A stretch of DNA of 49,820 bases. Origin: Thermotogota bacterium. Its GTDB lineage: Bacteria > Thermotogota > Thermotogae > Petrotogales > Kosmotogaceae. The notes beneath the pieces are model-generated. The model had not been told where the DNA came from, did no database searches, and saw only the letters and a program-made list of their open reading frames with translations. A program made the position numbers and the translations under genes. Positions 32,307-41,235 of the stretch are shown here, piece after piece. Position 1 is the first letter of the stretch, and every line of letters starts with the position of its first letter. The stretch spans positions 1-49,820 of the forward strand of contig JAYEJL010000085.1 in NCBI GenBank assembly GCA_034660555.1, given 5' to 3'.

Positions 32307-32753
32307 ATGGCATTCACGCTTGACCAGCTTAAACCAACTCCTGGATCAAGGAGAAAAGCAAAAAGACTTGGTCACGGAGTAGGCAGCGGAAGAGGAAAAA
32401 CCTCCGGAAGAGGACATAAAGGTCAAGGTAGAGGAACAGGAAAGGTAAGATTTTTCTTTGAGGGAGGACAAACACCCCTTTATAGGAGAGTCCCTGTCAA
32501 GGGATTCAAAAATAGGTATGCAACATGTTATTCGGTTATCAATGTTGCTATGTTGGAAAAATACTTTGAAGACGGTGAAGAAGTTACTGCTGAGAGATTG
32601 AAGGAAAAAAACATTATAAAAAAATACAATGATGGAGTTAAAATACTTGGAAAAGGTGAATTATCAAAGAAACTGACAGTAAAGGTAAATGCTTTCAGCG
32701 CTTCGGCAAAAGAAAAAATAGAAGCTGCTGGCGGAAAAGCCGAGGTGGTCTAG
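32307..32753 (+). CDS. rplO: 50S ribosomal protein L15
   Basis: [19 protein letters not shown]. Confidence 0.99.
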   Translation: MAFTLDQLKPTPGSRRKAKRLGHGVGSGRGKTSGRGHKGQGRGTGKVRFFFEGGQTPLYRRVPVKGFKNRYATCYSVINVAMLEKYFEDGEEVTAERLKEKNIIKKYNDGVKILGKGELSKKLTVKVNAFSASAKEKIEAAGGKAEVV

Positions 32754-32754
32754 A

Positions 32755-34041
32755 ATGTGGGAAGCTCTTAAAAACGCCTTTAAAATACCCGAGTTGAGAG
32801 ATAGAATCATCTTTACTTTTTTTGCGTTAGCCATTTTTCGCTTGGGTATTTATATACCAATACCAGGTGTAAATATTGAAGCATGGTCCAGCTACTTCTC
32901 TGGACTGCAAACAGGAGCTGCTGGTGGTTTTATTGGCTTCTTTGATGTTTTTACAGGCGGAGCTTTAAGCAATTTTTCTGTGCTAGCACTGAGTGTTACT
33001 CCATATATTAATGCATCGATCATGCTTCAACTGTTAACAGCTGTTATGCCCAGACTGAAAGAAATGCTGCGTGAAGGTGAAGAAGGAAAGAAAAAGTATG
33101 CCAAATACACGAGATATTTAACAGTTTTTCTTGCAGTCATTCAGGGCTTCTTTATTACACTTAGTCTGTCTGGTGATGCAAGTATAATAGCAATGCCTAA
33201 TAGAATGGTATTCGTGTTAATGGCAACGGTTTCGCTGCTTGCAGGGACAATGTTTCTGCTTTGGCTGGGTGAAAGGATAACAGAAAAGGGAATTGGTAAT
33301 GGTATTTCTGTTTTGATTTTTGCAGGAATCGTATCCCGTTATCCGCAGTATATTGCTCAGGCAGCATTATCACTTTCTCCAGCTCAATGGACAATACTAC
33401 TTGGCATAAGTTTGCTTACAATTGTCGGAGTAATCTATATTCAACTTGGAGAAAGACGTATTGAAATACAATATGCACGAAGAGTATCGGGTAAAAGAGT
33501 GTATGGTGGAGTATCTACTCATATTCCAATAAAAGTCAATCAGGGAGGAGTTATTCCAATAATCTTTGCTTCAGCAATAATGACTTTGCCACAGATGCTA
33601 TCAACAATATTGCCTGAGGGAAATTTCCTTACTGATTTGTTTGGATACTCTTCACCTCTGTACTTAACATTATATGGTGCACTAGTTTTCTTCTTTACAT
33701 ATTTCTACAGCACGTTGGTTTTTGATGTAAAGGAAGTTTCCAATAATATAAGAAATTATGGTGGTTATATTCCAGGTATTAGACCTGGCTATCCCACTGA
33801 ACAATACATAAGTAGAGTACTAGCGAGAGTCACATTCCTGGGTGCTTTGTTCCTTGTAATCATTGCGCTTTTGCCAAGTGTCATTCAAGGATTTGTAGGT
33901 ATTTCAATAATGATTGGTGGAACATCCACACTTATCGCTGTTGGTGTTGCACTTGATATTTTGCAACAGATAGAATCGCACCTTATTGTCAGACATTATG
34001 AAGGTTTCATTAAAAAGGGAAGACTCAAAGGAAGGCGATGA
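32755..34041 (+). CDS. secY: Preprotein translocase SecY
   Basis: PYINASI, GIGNGISVLIF, GVIPIIFA, IPGIRPG. Confidence 0.99.
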   Translation: MWEALKNAFKIPELRDRIIFTFFALAIFRLGIYIPIPGVNIEAWSSYFSGLQTGAAGGFIGFFDVFTGGALSNFSVLALSVTPYINASIMLQLLTAVMPRLKEMLREGEEGKKKYAKYTRYLTVFLAVIQGFFITLSLSGDASIIAMPNRMVFVLMATVSLLAGTMFLLWLGERITEKGIGNGISVLIFAGIVSRYPQYIAQAALSLSPAQWTILLGISLLTIVGVIYIQLGERRIEIQYARRVSGKRVYGGVSTHIPIKVNQGGVIPIIFASAIMTLPQMLSTILPEGNFLTDLFGYSSPLYLTLYGALVFFFTYFYSTLVFDVKEVSNNIRNYGGYIPGIRPGYPTEQYISRVLARVTFLGALFLVIIALLPSVIQGFVGISIMIGGTSTLIAVGVALDILQQIESHLIVRHYEGFIKKGRLKGRR

Positions 34042-34045
34042 TGTA

Positions 34046-34693
34046 ATGAATATTGTTCTGTTGGGTCCTCCTGGAGCTGGTAAAGGAACCCAGGCAAAAA
34101 GTATTTCAAAAAGGTTTAATATTCCCCATATATCTACTGGAGATATGCTCAGGGAGGCGATCTCGTCAAATAGTGAACTGGGGAAAAAGGTCGCCGATAT
34201 TGTTGAAAGAGGAGATTTGGTTCCTGATGATTTAATGATTGAGCTGGTAAAAGAAAGAATCAGCAGGGAAGACGCAAGTGATGGATTCATTCTTGACGGA
34301 TTCCCCAGAACCACCGTTCAGGCTGAGTCACTTAGATATATGCTCAGGCAAATGGCTGACAAAATTGACAGTGCTATCTTTATTGATGTAAGTGAAGAAA
34401 AAGTAGTAGAAAGAATATCAAGCAGAAGAGTTTGCCCGAATTGCGGGAAGGTTTACAATTTGCTTTCGTTAAAACCAAAGAATGATTGTATCTGTGATGA
34501 ATGTGGAAGCGAACTCGTGCAAAGAGATGATGATAAACCTGAAACAGTAAGAGATCGTTATGAAGTATACATAAAAAATACTAAAAGTGTTGTCGAATTC
34601 TACAAATCGCAGGGTAAACTAAAAACCTTTGATGGTTCGAAAGATATTGACGAACTTGCTAATTCAATTATTGATTATTTGGAGAATCTTTAA
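34046..34693 (+). CDS. adk: Adenylate kinase (Zn-LID)
   Basis: GPPGAGKGTQA, DGFPRT, CPNC..CDEC; ATG 34046. Confidence 0.98.
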   Translation: MNIVLLGPPGAGKGTQAKSISKRFNIPHISTGDMLREAISSNSELGKKVADIVERGDLVPDDLMIELVKERISREDASDGFILDGFPRTTVQAESLRYMLRQMADKIDSAIFIDVSEEKVVERISSRRVCPNCGKVYNLLSLKPKNDCICDECGSELVQRDDDKPETVRDRYEVYIKNTKSVVEFYKSQGKLKTFDGSKDIDELANSIIDYLENL

Positions 34694-35442
34694 TGATAAG
34701 GTTGAAAAGTAAGGAAGAAGTCGCTAAAATAGAAAGTGCAGCTAAAATCGTAGCAGAAGTATTGGATCTTATGTATGAAATGATAAGTTCCGGTATTTCT
34801 GCATGTACGCTTGAAAAGGCTGCCAATGGACATATTGTAAAGAGAAATGCTAAGCCTGCTTTCAAAGGTTATAACGGTTTTCCATATGCTCTTTGTGTTT
34901 CGGTAAATGAAGAGATAGTTCATGGATTTCCACTGGAAAGTAAAATATTCAAGAATGGAGATATTGTATCAATAGATTGTGGAGTAATAAAAGAAGGATA
35001 TTATGGTGACGCTGCACGAACGTTTTGTGTTGGAAAATGTTCGGAAGAAGACCACAGGTTAATGAGAATCACAAAGGAAGCTTTAGAAAAAGCTACAGAA
35101 ATTGCTATTCCTGGAAAGCAGATTGGTGATTTAGGTGCAGTAATACAGAATCATGTAGAGAAAAATGGGTTTTCTATTATTAGAGATTATGTTGGTCACG
35201 GTGTTGGCCGTAAACTTCATGAAGATCCACAAATTCCCAATTATGGGAAATCTGGAACAGGCGATTATTTACGTAATGGGATGACCCTGGCAATAGAACC
35301 TATGGTTTCTGCAGGTGATTATCGAACAATGGTTTTAGAGGATGGTTGGACTGCAGTTACTATTGATGGTTCTAAAACTGCACACTTTGAAAACACACTG
35401 GTTATCGAAGATGATTCAGCAAGGGTCCTTTCAAAATTGTGA
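34693..35442 (+). CDS. map: Methionine aminopeptidase type I
   Basis: SVNEEIVHG, GHGVG..LHEDP, AIEPM, AHFENT. Confidence 0.98.
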   Translation: MIRLKSKEEVAKIESAAKIVAEVLDLMYEMISSGISACTLEKAANGHIVKRNAKPAFKGYNGFPYALCVSVNEEIVHGFPLESKIFKNGDIVSIDCGVIKEGYYGDAARTFCVGKCSEEDHRLMRITKEALEKATEIAIPGKQIGDLGAVIQNHVEKNGFSIIRDYVGHGVGRKLHEDPQIPNYGKSGTGDYLRNGMTLAIEPMVSAGDYRTMVLEDGWTAVTIDGSKTAHFENTLVIEDDSARVLSKL

Positions 35443-35453
35443 GGGGTGAATAA

Positions 35454-35702
35454 GTGATGGCAGAGAAGAATGATGTTATAAAGATGGAAGGCGTCGTTCT
35501 TGAAACATTGCCGAACGCTATGTTTAAAGTTGAACTGGATAATGGACACATTGTGACTGCTCATGTTTCAGGAAAGATGAGAAAGAATTTCATACGGCTC
35601 ATCCCTGAAGATAGAGTTGTAGTAGAAGTCTCGATTTACGATCTGGAAAAAGGACGAATTGTTTTCCGTAAGAAGATCAAAAAGGGAGGAGAACAAAAAT
35701 GA
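35454..35702 (+). CDS. infA: Translation initiation factor IF-1
   Basis: [23 protein letters not shown]. Confidence 0.98.
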   Translation: MMAEKNDVIKMEGVVLETLPNAMFKVELDNGHIVTAHVSGKMRKNFIRLIPEDRVVVEVSIYDLEKGRIVFRKKIKKGGEQK

Positions 35703-35815
35703 AAGTTAAAGCCTCAGTAAAAAAAAGGTGCGAACATTGTAAATTAATAAAACGCAAAGGTAGAGTCTGGGTTGTCTGCAAGAAGAATCCCAGGCATAAT
35801 CAGAGACAGGGTTAA
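35699..35815 (+). CDS. rpmJ: 50S ribosomal protein L36 (38 aa, absent from the ORF track)
   Basis: Translated by hand: [42 protein letters not shown] overlap with infA. Confidence 0.98.
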   Translation: MKVKASVKKRCEHCKLIKRKGRVWVVCKKNPRHNQRQG

Positions 35816-35826
35816 GGAGGGAAAAT

Positions 35827-36192
35827 ATGGCACGAATTGTTGGTGTCGAATTACCAAATAATAAGAAAACGAAGATTGCCCTTACCTATATCTATGGTAT
35901 AGGTTCATCAAAGGCCAAACAGATCATTAATGATGCTGATATAGATGGAGAAAAAAGGGTAAAAGATCTTACCGATGAAGAAATCAGTACAATTGCCAAA
36001 TACATTAATGAAAATCTGAAAGTTGAAGGTGAATTACGCCAGGAGTATGACCGAAACATAAAACGACTAATTGAAATAGGTTGTTATAGAGGGCAAAGAC
36101 ACAAAAAAGGGTTGCCTGTTAGAGGGCAGAAAACGCATTCCAATGCAAGAACCCGTAAAGGCCCCAGAACCAGTAGAATTAAGAAGAAATAA
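35827..36192 (+). CDS. rpsM: 30S ribosomal protein S13
   Basis: [27 protein letters not shown]. Confidence 0.99.
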   Translation: MARIVGVELPNNKKTKIALTYIYGIGSSKAKQIINDADIDGEKRVKDLTDEEISTIAKYINENLKVEGELRQEYDRNIKRLIEIGCYRGQRHKKGLPVRGQKTHSNARTRKGPRTSRIKKK

Positions 36193-36206
36193 AGGGAGGG
36201 CATTGA

Positions 36207-36605
36207 ATGGCTAAGGCAAAAAGAAAAAAACGAGTAACCAGAAAAAGAAGAAAGCTTACATATGATAGAGGAGTAGTTCATATAAAATCCAGTTTTAATA
36301 ATACTATTGTAACGCTTACCAGCCCTGAAGGAGATACAATTCACTGGGCGTCGAGTGGAACAGTTGGTTATGCTGGATCTAAAAAATCTACTCCTTATGC
36401 CGCTCAACTCGCAGCTGATAGTGTTGCCAAAGAAGCGTTAAGGCTTGGTATTACAAGAGTATCTATAGAAGTTAAAGGTCCTGGCTCAGGAAGAGAAGCG
36501 GCAATAAGAACGATACAGGCAGCTGGACTTGGTGTGGATTCAATAAAGGATATTACTCCTATTCCACATAATGGCTGCAGACCAAGAAGAAGACGCAGAG
36601 TATGA
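36207..36605 (+). CDS. rpsK: 30S ribosomal protein S11
   Basis: [23 protein letters not shown]. Confidence 0.99.
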   Translation: MAKAKRKKRVTRKRRKLTYDRGVVHIKSSFNNTIVTLTSPEGDTIHWASSGTVGYAGSKKSTPYAAQLAADSVAKEALRLGITRVSIEVKGPGSGREAAIRTIQAAGLGVDSIKDITPIPHNGCRPRRRRRV

Positions 36606-36622
36606 AACAAGGAGGGAAGTAA

Positions 36623-37249
36623 ATGGCTAGGTATACAGGACCGGTTTGTAAAATGTGTCGTCGTGAAGGTTTTAAATTATATCTGAAGGGCGAAAAATGT
36701 TTTACCCCAAAATGTCCACAGGTGAAGCGACCTTTCGCTCCCGGACAACATGGTAATATGAGAAAGAAACTTACTCAGTATGGTATTCAGTTACGTTCAA
36801 AACAGGCACTCAAGCGAATGTATGGAGTTCTCGAAAGACAGTTTAGAAGATATTTCTTTAATGCTAGCAAGAGCAATGAAGAAACTGGATCAGCACTGAT
36901 GAAGATTTTAGAATCCAGGATTGACAATGCTTTGTATAGGATGGGCTTTGCATCCAGCAGGAATCAAGCACGTCAACTCGTTAATCATGGACACATTAAA
37001 GTGAACGGTGTTAAGGTTAGCAAGGTTTCTTATTCTTTGGAAGATGGAGATATCATTGAGTTTAAAGATAAGATAAAAGACAATCCCAATATTAAAGAAA
37101 ATTCGGAAGCTGCAAAGGAGAGAAACACACCTCCATGGCTTGAGGTAGATTTTGAAGCTATGAAGGGAACGTTTGTTAGATATCCTGAAAGAGAAGAGCT
37201 TGATGTACCTGTTGACTTACAGTCTATTATTGAGCTTTATTCTAAGTAA
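36623..37249 (+). CDS. rpsD: 30S ribosomal protein S4
   Basis: [31 protein letters not shown]. Confidence 0.99.
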   Translation: MARYTGPVCKMCRREGFKLYLKGEKCFTPKCPQVKRPFAPGQHGNMRKKLTQYGIQLRSKQALKRMYGVLERQFRRYFFNASKSNEETGSALMKILESRIDNALYRMGFASSRNQARQLVNHGHIKVNGVKVSKVSYSLEDGDIIEFKDKIKDNPNIKENSEAAKERNTPPWLEVDFEAMKGTFVRYPEREELDVPVDLQSIIELYSK

Positions 37250-37297
37250 TAATGTAGTTTCCGGAAGGAGGTGTGACCCCATTTTGGGGCGAAACCA

Positions 37298-38305
37298 ATG
37301 ACAAATTTCGTAATGCCCAAGGATTTAAAGATAGAGGAAGAGAGAGAAAGCGAGCATAGTTATTTCACGAAATTCGTTTTTTCACCATTGGAAAGAGGTT
37401 ATGCAGTTACAATAGGTAATGCGTTGAGGAGAGTGTTACTTTCTTCGATACAAAGTATGGCAATTACAAAACTAAAGATACCTGATAAATACCATGAATA
37501 CGACACAATAGACGGTGTTAAAGAAGATATTCTTGAAATTATTCTTAATCTAAAAAAGGTTCAGTTAAGACCTGCACTTGATTTTTCTGATCCGGTCAAA
37601 CTGACTGTTGAAAAAAGAGGGCCGGGAGTAATCAAGGCAGAAGATGTTCGAACACCAACTGGTGTTGAAGTTGTGAATCCAACACAATATATTGCAACCC
37701 TTGATGAAAAGGCAAATGTTTACATGGAGTTGTATGCGGAAATTGGAACAGGTTTTGTTCCTGTTTCTGAATTAGAAACAGATCAGGATCTAGAAATGAT
37801 ATATTTTGATGGAATTTTCAGTCCTGTTTTGAAAGTAAATTTTATGTCTGAGAATGTTCGTGTTAAGAAGAGGACAGACTATGACAAACTCATTCTTGAG
37901 GTCTGGACTAAGAAGTCTATTAAGCCTGCAGAATCTTTGAAGAAGGCTACTGATATTTTGAAGGACCATTTTGATATCATAACTTCGAGTCTTATGGAAG
38001 AGTTATCTGATACAACATCATTTCTAGAAAATAAAGAACCAATAATTCCAGAAGAGATTCAGGAAGAAGTAAAAGAAGAAGAAAAGATAGAATCTGATTC
38101 CGTTCTAAGCAAGAGGATAGAGGAATTACAACTTTCAGTAAGATCACTTAATTGTTTGAAAAGAGATCGAATAAATACAATAGGTGATCTGGTAGATCGT
38201 TCTGAATCCGATCTACTTAAAATAAGGAATTTTGGAGAAAAATCGCTTGAAGAAATAAAGAAGAAGCTGAAGGAAAGATTCAATCTAACACTAAAGAAAG
38301 AATGA
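37298..38305 (+). CDS. rpoA: RNA polymerase alpha subunit
   Basis: PLERGYAVTIGNALRRVLLSS, LSVRSLNCLK, NFGEKS. Confidence 0.99.
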   Translation: MTNFVMPKDLKIEEERESEHSYFTKFVFSPLERGYAVTIGNALRRVLLSSIQSMAITKLKIPDKYHEYDTIDGVKEDILEIILNLKKVQLRPALDFSDPVKLTVEKRGPGVIKAEDVRTPTGVEVVNPTQYIATLDEKANVYMELYAEIGTGFVPVSELETDQDLEMIYFDGIFSPVLKVNFMSENVRVKKRTDYDKLILEVWTKKSIKPAESLKKATDILKDHFDIITSSLMEELSDTTSFLENKEPIIPEEIQEEVKEEEKIESDSVLSKRIEELQLSVRSLNCLKRDRINTIGDLVDRSESDLLKIRNFGEKSLEEIKKKLKERFNLTLKKE

Positions 38306-38320
38306 ACGGGAGGACTAACA

Positions 38321-38782
38321 ATGAGACATAGAGTAAAAAAGAAGAAACTGAACAGACCACATGACCAAAGGCTTGCATTAAAGAGAAGCCTGGCACGAGA
38401 AATTTTCGAACACGAAACAATCATCACCACAACATCTAAAGCCAAAATTGTAAAACCATTTGTTGAATCTCTGCTTACCAAGGCAAAAAAAGCTGCTTCC
38501 TATGCACAGCAGATAGCCGAAAAGGGAGATCCAAATTCTCCTGAATTAGCTGATTTAAAAGCAAAAAATGTATCACTTAGGAGAGAAATAAACAGACATT
38601 TTAACAGTAGAAAATTGGTTAAAAGAATATGTGATGAGATTGGTACACGTTATTTAGATAGAAATGGTGGTTATACCAGAATAGTAAAACTTGGAAAACG
38701 CAGAGGAGACGCTACTGAGCTATCTATTTTGCAGCTGGTAAAACCCGAAGAATCTAAAACTGCTGCTACACAGGAAACCTGA
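38321..38782 (+). CDS. rplQ: 50S ribosomal protein L17
   Basis: MRHR, RNGGYTRIVK, RRGDA. Confidence 0.98.
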   Translation: MRHRVKKKKLNRPHDQRLALKRSLAREIFEHETIITTTSKAKIVKPFVESLLTKAKKAASYAQQIAEKGDPNSPELADLKAKNVSLRREINRHFNSRKLVKRICDEIGTRYLDRNGGYTRIVKLGKRRGDATELSILQLVKPEESKTAATQET

Positions 38783-38813
38783 TGGCTACCCCATAGCTGG
38801 TAGCCATTCTTTT
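38782..38813 (+). terminator. Intrinsic terminator after rplQ
   Basis: ATGGCTACC-N8-GGTAGCCAT 9-bp stem followed by TCTTTT. Confidence 0.75.
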
Positions 38814-38827
38814 CTGGGGAGGTACAT

Positions 38828-39481
38828 ATGCAAATATTTTTAGACACAGCTAATTTAGAAGAGATCGAAAAGGGTGTTGAATGGGGCATAGTAAACGGTG
38901 TCACAACGAATCCGTCACTTGTTTCAAAAGAAAGCAAAGAGCTGGATTTTCATCAAAGAATAAAAGAAATTTGTGACCTTGTTAAGGGTCCAGTTAGCGC
39001 TGAAACAACTGAAACAATCTTTTCTGGAATGGTTAAGGAAGCGAGAGAACTTGCAAATATTGATGAAAACGTTGTTGTGAAAATTCCTATGACTGCTGAT
39101 GGTATAAAGGCTGTTAGCGTGCTTTCGAAAGAAAACATAAAGACAAATGTAACGCTTGTTTTTGACGCCATGCAGGCATTACTGGCAGCAAAAGCAGGCG
39201 CAGCATATGTCAGTCTCTTTATTGGAAGGCTCGATGATATTTCATCGGATGGAATGGAACGATTGGCAGAAACCAAGAAAATATTTGAAAATTATGGTCT
39301 CAACTCAAGAATCATTGCTGCAAGTATAAGGCATCCAATGCATGTTCTTGACACAGCGTTAATGGGTGTAGATGTAGCAACAGTGCCATTTTCCATACTG
39401 AAAAAATTGTTCTCTCATCCGCTTACGGATAATGGAATCGAAAGATTTATGAAAGACTGGGAAGAATATTTAAAAGGGTAA
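38828..39481 (+). CDS. tal: Transaldolase (short FSA/TalC family)
   Basis: [31 protein letters not shown]. Glu (SAE) and Phe (SLFIGR) favour transaldolase over fructose-6-phosphate aldolase. Confidence 0.9.
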   Translation: MQIFLDTANLEEIEKGVEWGIVNGVTTNPSLVSKESKELDFHQRIKEICDLVKGPVSAETTETIFSGMVKEARELANIDENVVVKIPMTADGIKAVSVLSKENIKTNVTLVFDAMQALLAAKAGAAYVSLFIGRLDDISSDGMERLAETKKIFENYGLNSRIIAASIRHPMHVLDTALMGVDVATVPFSILKKLFSHPLTDNGIERFMKDWEEYLKG

Positions 39482-39492
39482 GCACATTTGTT

Positions 39493-39521
39493 TTGTTTTT
39501 ATAAGGGCTTCATGCTATATT
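39493..39521 (+). promoter_or_regulatory. Candidate rho promoter
   Basis: TTGTTT(39493-98)-N17-TATATT(39516-21) with extended TG at 39513-14. Confidence 0.55.
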
Positions 39522-39639
39522 AATACCAGAATATCAAACGCTTCAACTAATTTCATTGAAATATCCTTACAACTTCAAACTTCCACTACTTGTTAGGTTC
39601 AGTGGTGAAAACTACCGATATATATCGGAAGGAGGGACG

Positions 39640-41214
39640 GTGCATCTTTCAAATAACCTGGTAGAAAGATGCCAGAATAAATTGAGTCCAAGAAAAAAGA
39701 AAAATAATAACGACGAATTAGAAGCAAAAGAAAACGAGAAAACACAACAGAAAGCAAAAAAAGAAGAAAAAGATAAGGAAAAGAAGGAAGAAAAGAAAAA
39801 GAAAACAACAAGGAAAAAGAGTATTGGCAGCAAACAAAAATCCAGTGATTCCTCAAAAAAATCTTCTTCGAATGATAAAAAGAATACCAACAACCAGGAA
39901 GATATGATCGCAGGAAACAATAAATCAAAGGATAAGATAAGAAAAGTTGAAATCGACATATCTCAACTTCAAAAAATGCCAATAAAGAAAGTGTATGAAT
40001 TGGCCAGGAAGTATGAAATCACAGATTACACACAGATGGCGAAAAAAGATCTCATTTTCGATATTTTAAAAGCTCAGACTGAATCATATGGTTACTTTTT
40101 TGATCAGGGCATATTGGAAGTTACAGACGGGGGATATGGTTTTTTAAGATCACTGGATAACAATCTACTTCCAAGCTCCCACGATATCTATGTTAGCCAA
40201 TCTCAGATAAGGCGATTTAGTTTGAGTACTGGAGATTGGATTGCAGGACAGGTAAGACCACCAAAAGAAGGGGAAAAGTATTTTGCATTGCTTCGTATTG
40301 AAGCAATTAACCAAAAGCCTTTGAGCTTTGCTGGTGAGAGGATAGCCTTTAAAAATCTGGTTCCCATTCATCCCGATGAGAGGTTTTATCTGGAAACTAC
40401 GAGGAATATTATAAGTACCAGATTAATTGATCTTTTCTCTCCCGTCGGTAAAGGTCAGAGAGGACTTATAGTTGCTCCCCCAAAGGCTGGTAAAACCACG
40501 TTGTTGAAAGAAATCGCGAATGGAATAGCTGCCAATCATCCTGATACAATTAGATTGATCCTGCTAATTGATGAAAGACCTGAAGAGGTTACTGATATTA
40601 GACGTTCAACGGATGCTGAGGTAATTGGAGCACCCTTTGATATGCATCCTGAAAAGCAGTTGAAGGTAGCGGAACTTACTCTTGAAATGGCTAAAAGACT
40701 GGTCGAATTCGATTACAATGTTGTTATTTTACTTGACAGCATAACCAGATTGGCCAGAGCCTACAACCTCTATGTACCACCAAGCGGAAAATTATTGAGC
40801 GGCGGTGTCGATCCATCAGCGTTGTACAAGCCAAAGCATTTTTTTGGAGCAGCAAGAAATATTGAAGATGGTGGAAGTTTAACAATAATATCAACTGCGC
40901 TTGTGGAAACTGGTAGCAAAATGGACGAAGTAATCTTTGAGGAATTTAAAGGTACGGGAAATATGGAACTTCTCCTATCACGCCAGCTTGCAAGCAAGAG
41001 GATATTCCCCGCTATTAATTTGAATCTTTCCGGTACAAGAAAAGAAGAACTGCTTCTAAAAGAAGAGCAACTAAGAAAGATGTGGGTGCTAAGAAGAATG
41101 CTAGATTCTGCAAACGAAGAAGAAGGATTGAGACTCATTGCTGATAAATTAAAATCTACGAAAAACAATGAAGAATTTCTTGACCTTATAGATTCGGAAA
41201 AGAGCAGGTATTGA
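39640..41214 (+). CDS. rho: Transcription termination factor Rho with long K/E/S/N-rich N-terminal extension
   Basis: GYGFLR, DIYVSQSQIRRF, GKGQRGLIVAPPKAGKT, DERPEEVT, EFKGTGNME. Start uncertain (GTG 39640, TTG 39682 or ATG 39904). Confidence 0.97.
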   Translation: MHLSNNLVERCQNKLSPRKKKNNNDELEAKENEKTQQKAKKEEKDKEKKEEKKKKTTRKKSIGSKQKSSDSSKKSSSNDKKNTNNQEDMIAGNNKSKDKIRKVEIDISQLQKMPIKKVYELARKYEITDYTQMAKKDLIFDILKAQTESYGYFFDQGILEVTDGGYGFLRSLDNNLLPSSHDIYVSQSQIRRFSLSTGDWIAGQVRPPKEGEKYFALLRIEAINQKPLSFAGERIAFKNLVPIHPDERFYLETTRNIISTRLIDLFSPVGKGQRGLIVAPPKAGKTTLLKEIANGIAANHPDTIRLILLIDERPEEVTDIRRSTDAEVIGAPFDMHPEKQLKVAELTLEMAKRLVEFDYNVVILLDSITRLARAYNLYVPPSGKLLSGGVDPSALYKPKHFFGAARNIEDGGSLTIISTALVETGSKMDEVIFEEFKGTGNMELLLSRQLASKRIFPAINLNLSGTRKEELLLKEEQLRKMWVLRRMLDSANEEEGLRLIADKLKSTKNNEEFLDLIDSEKSRY

Positions 41215-41235
41215 TATCGGAAGGAGTGCTAAGAG

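Noticed and set aside
39556..39639. Rho starting at TTG 39556
   Set aside because: No SD upstream; the strong SD is at 39629-35, and the segment looks like a C-rich untranslated leader.
39690..39900. A-rich low-complexity tract as a DNA repeat or mobile element
   Set aside because: Explained by Lys/Glu codons of the Rho extension; no repeat unit or element ends.
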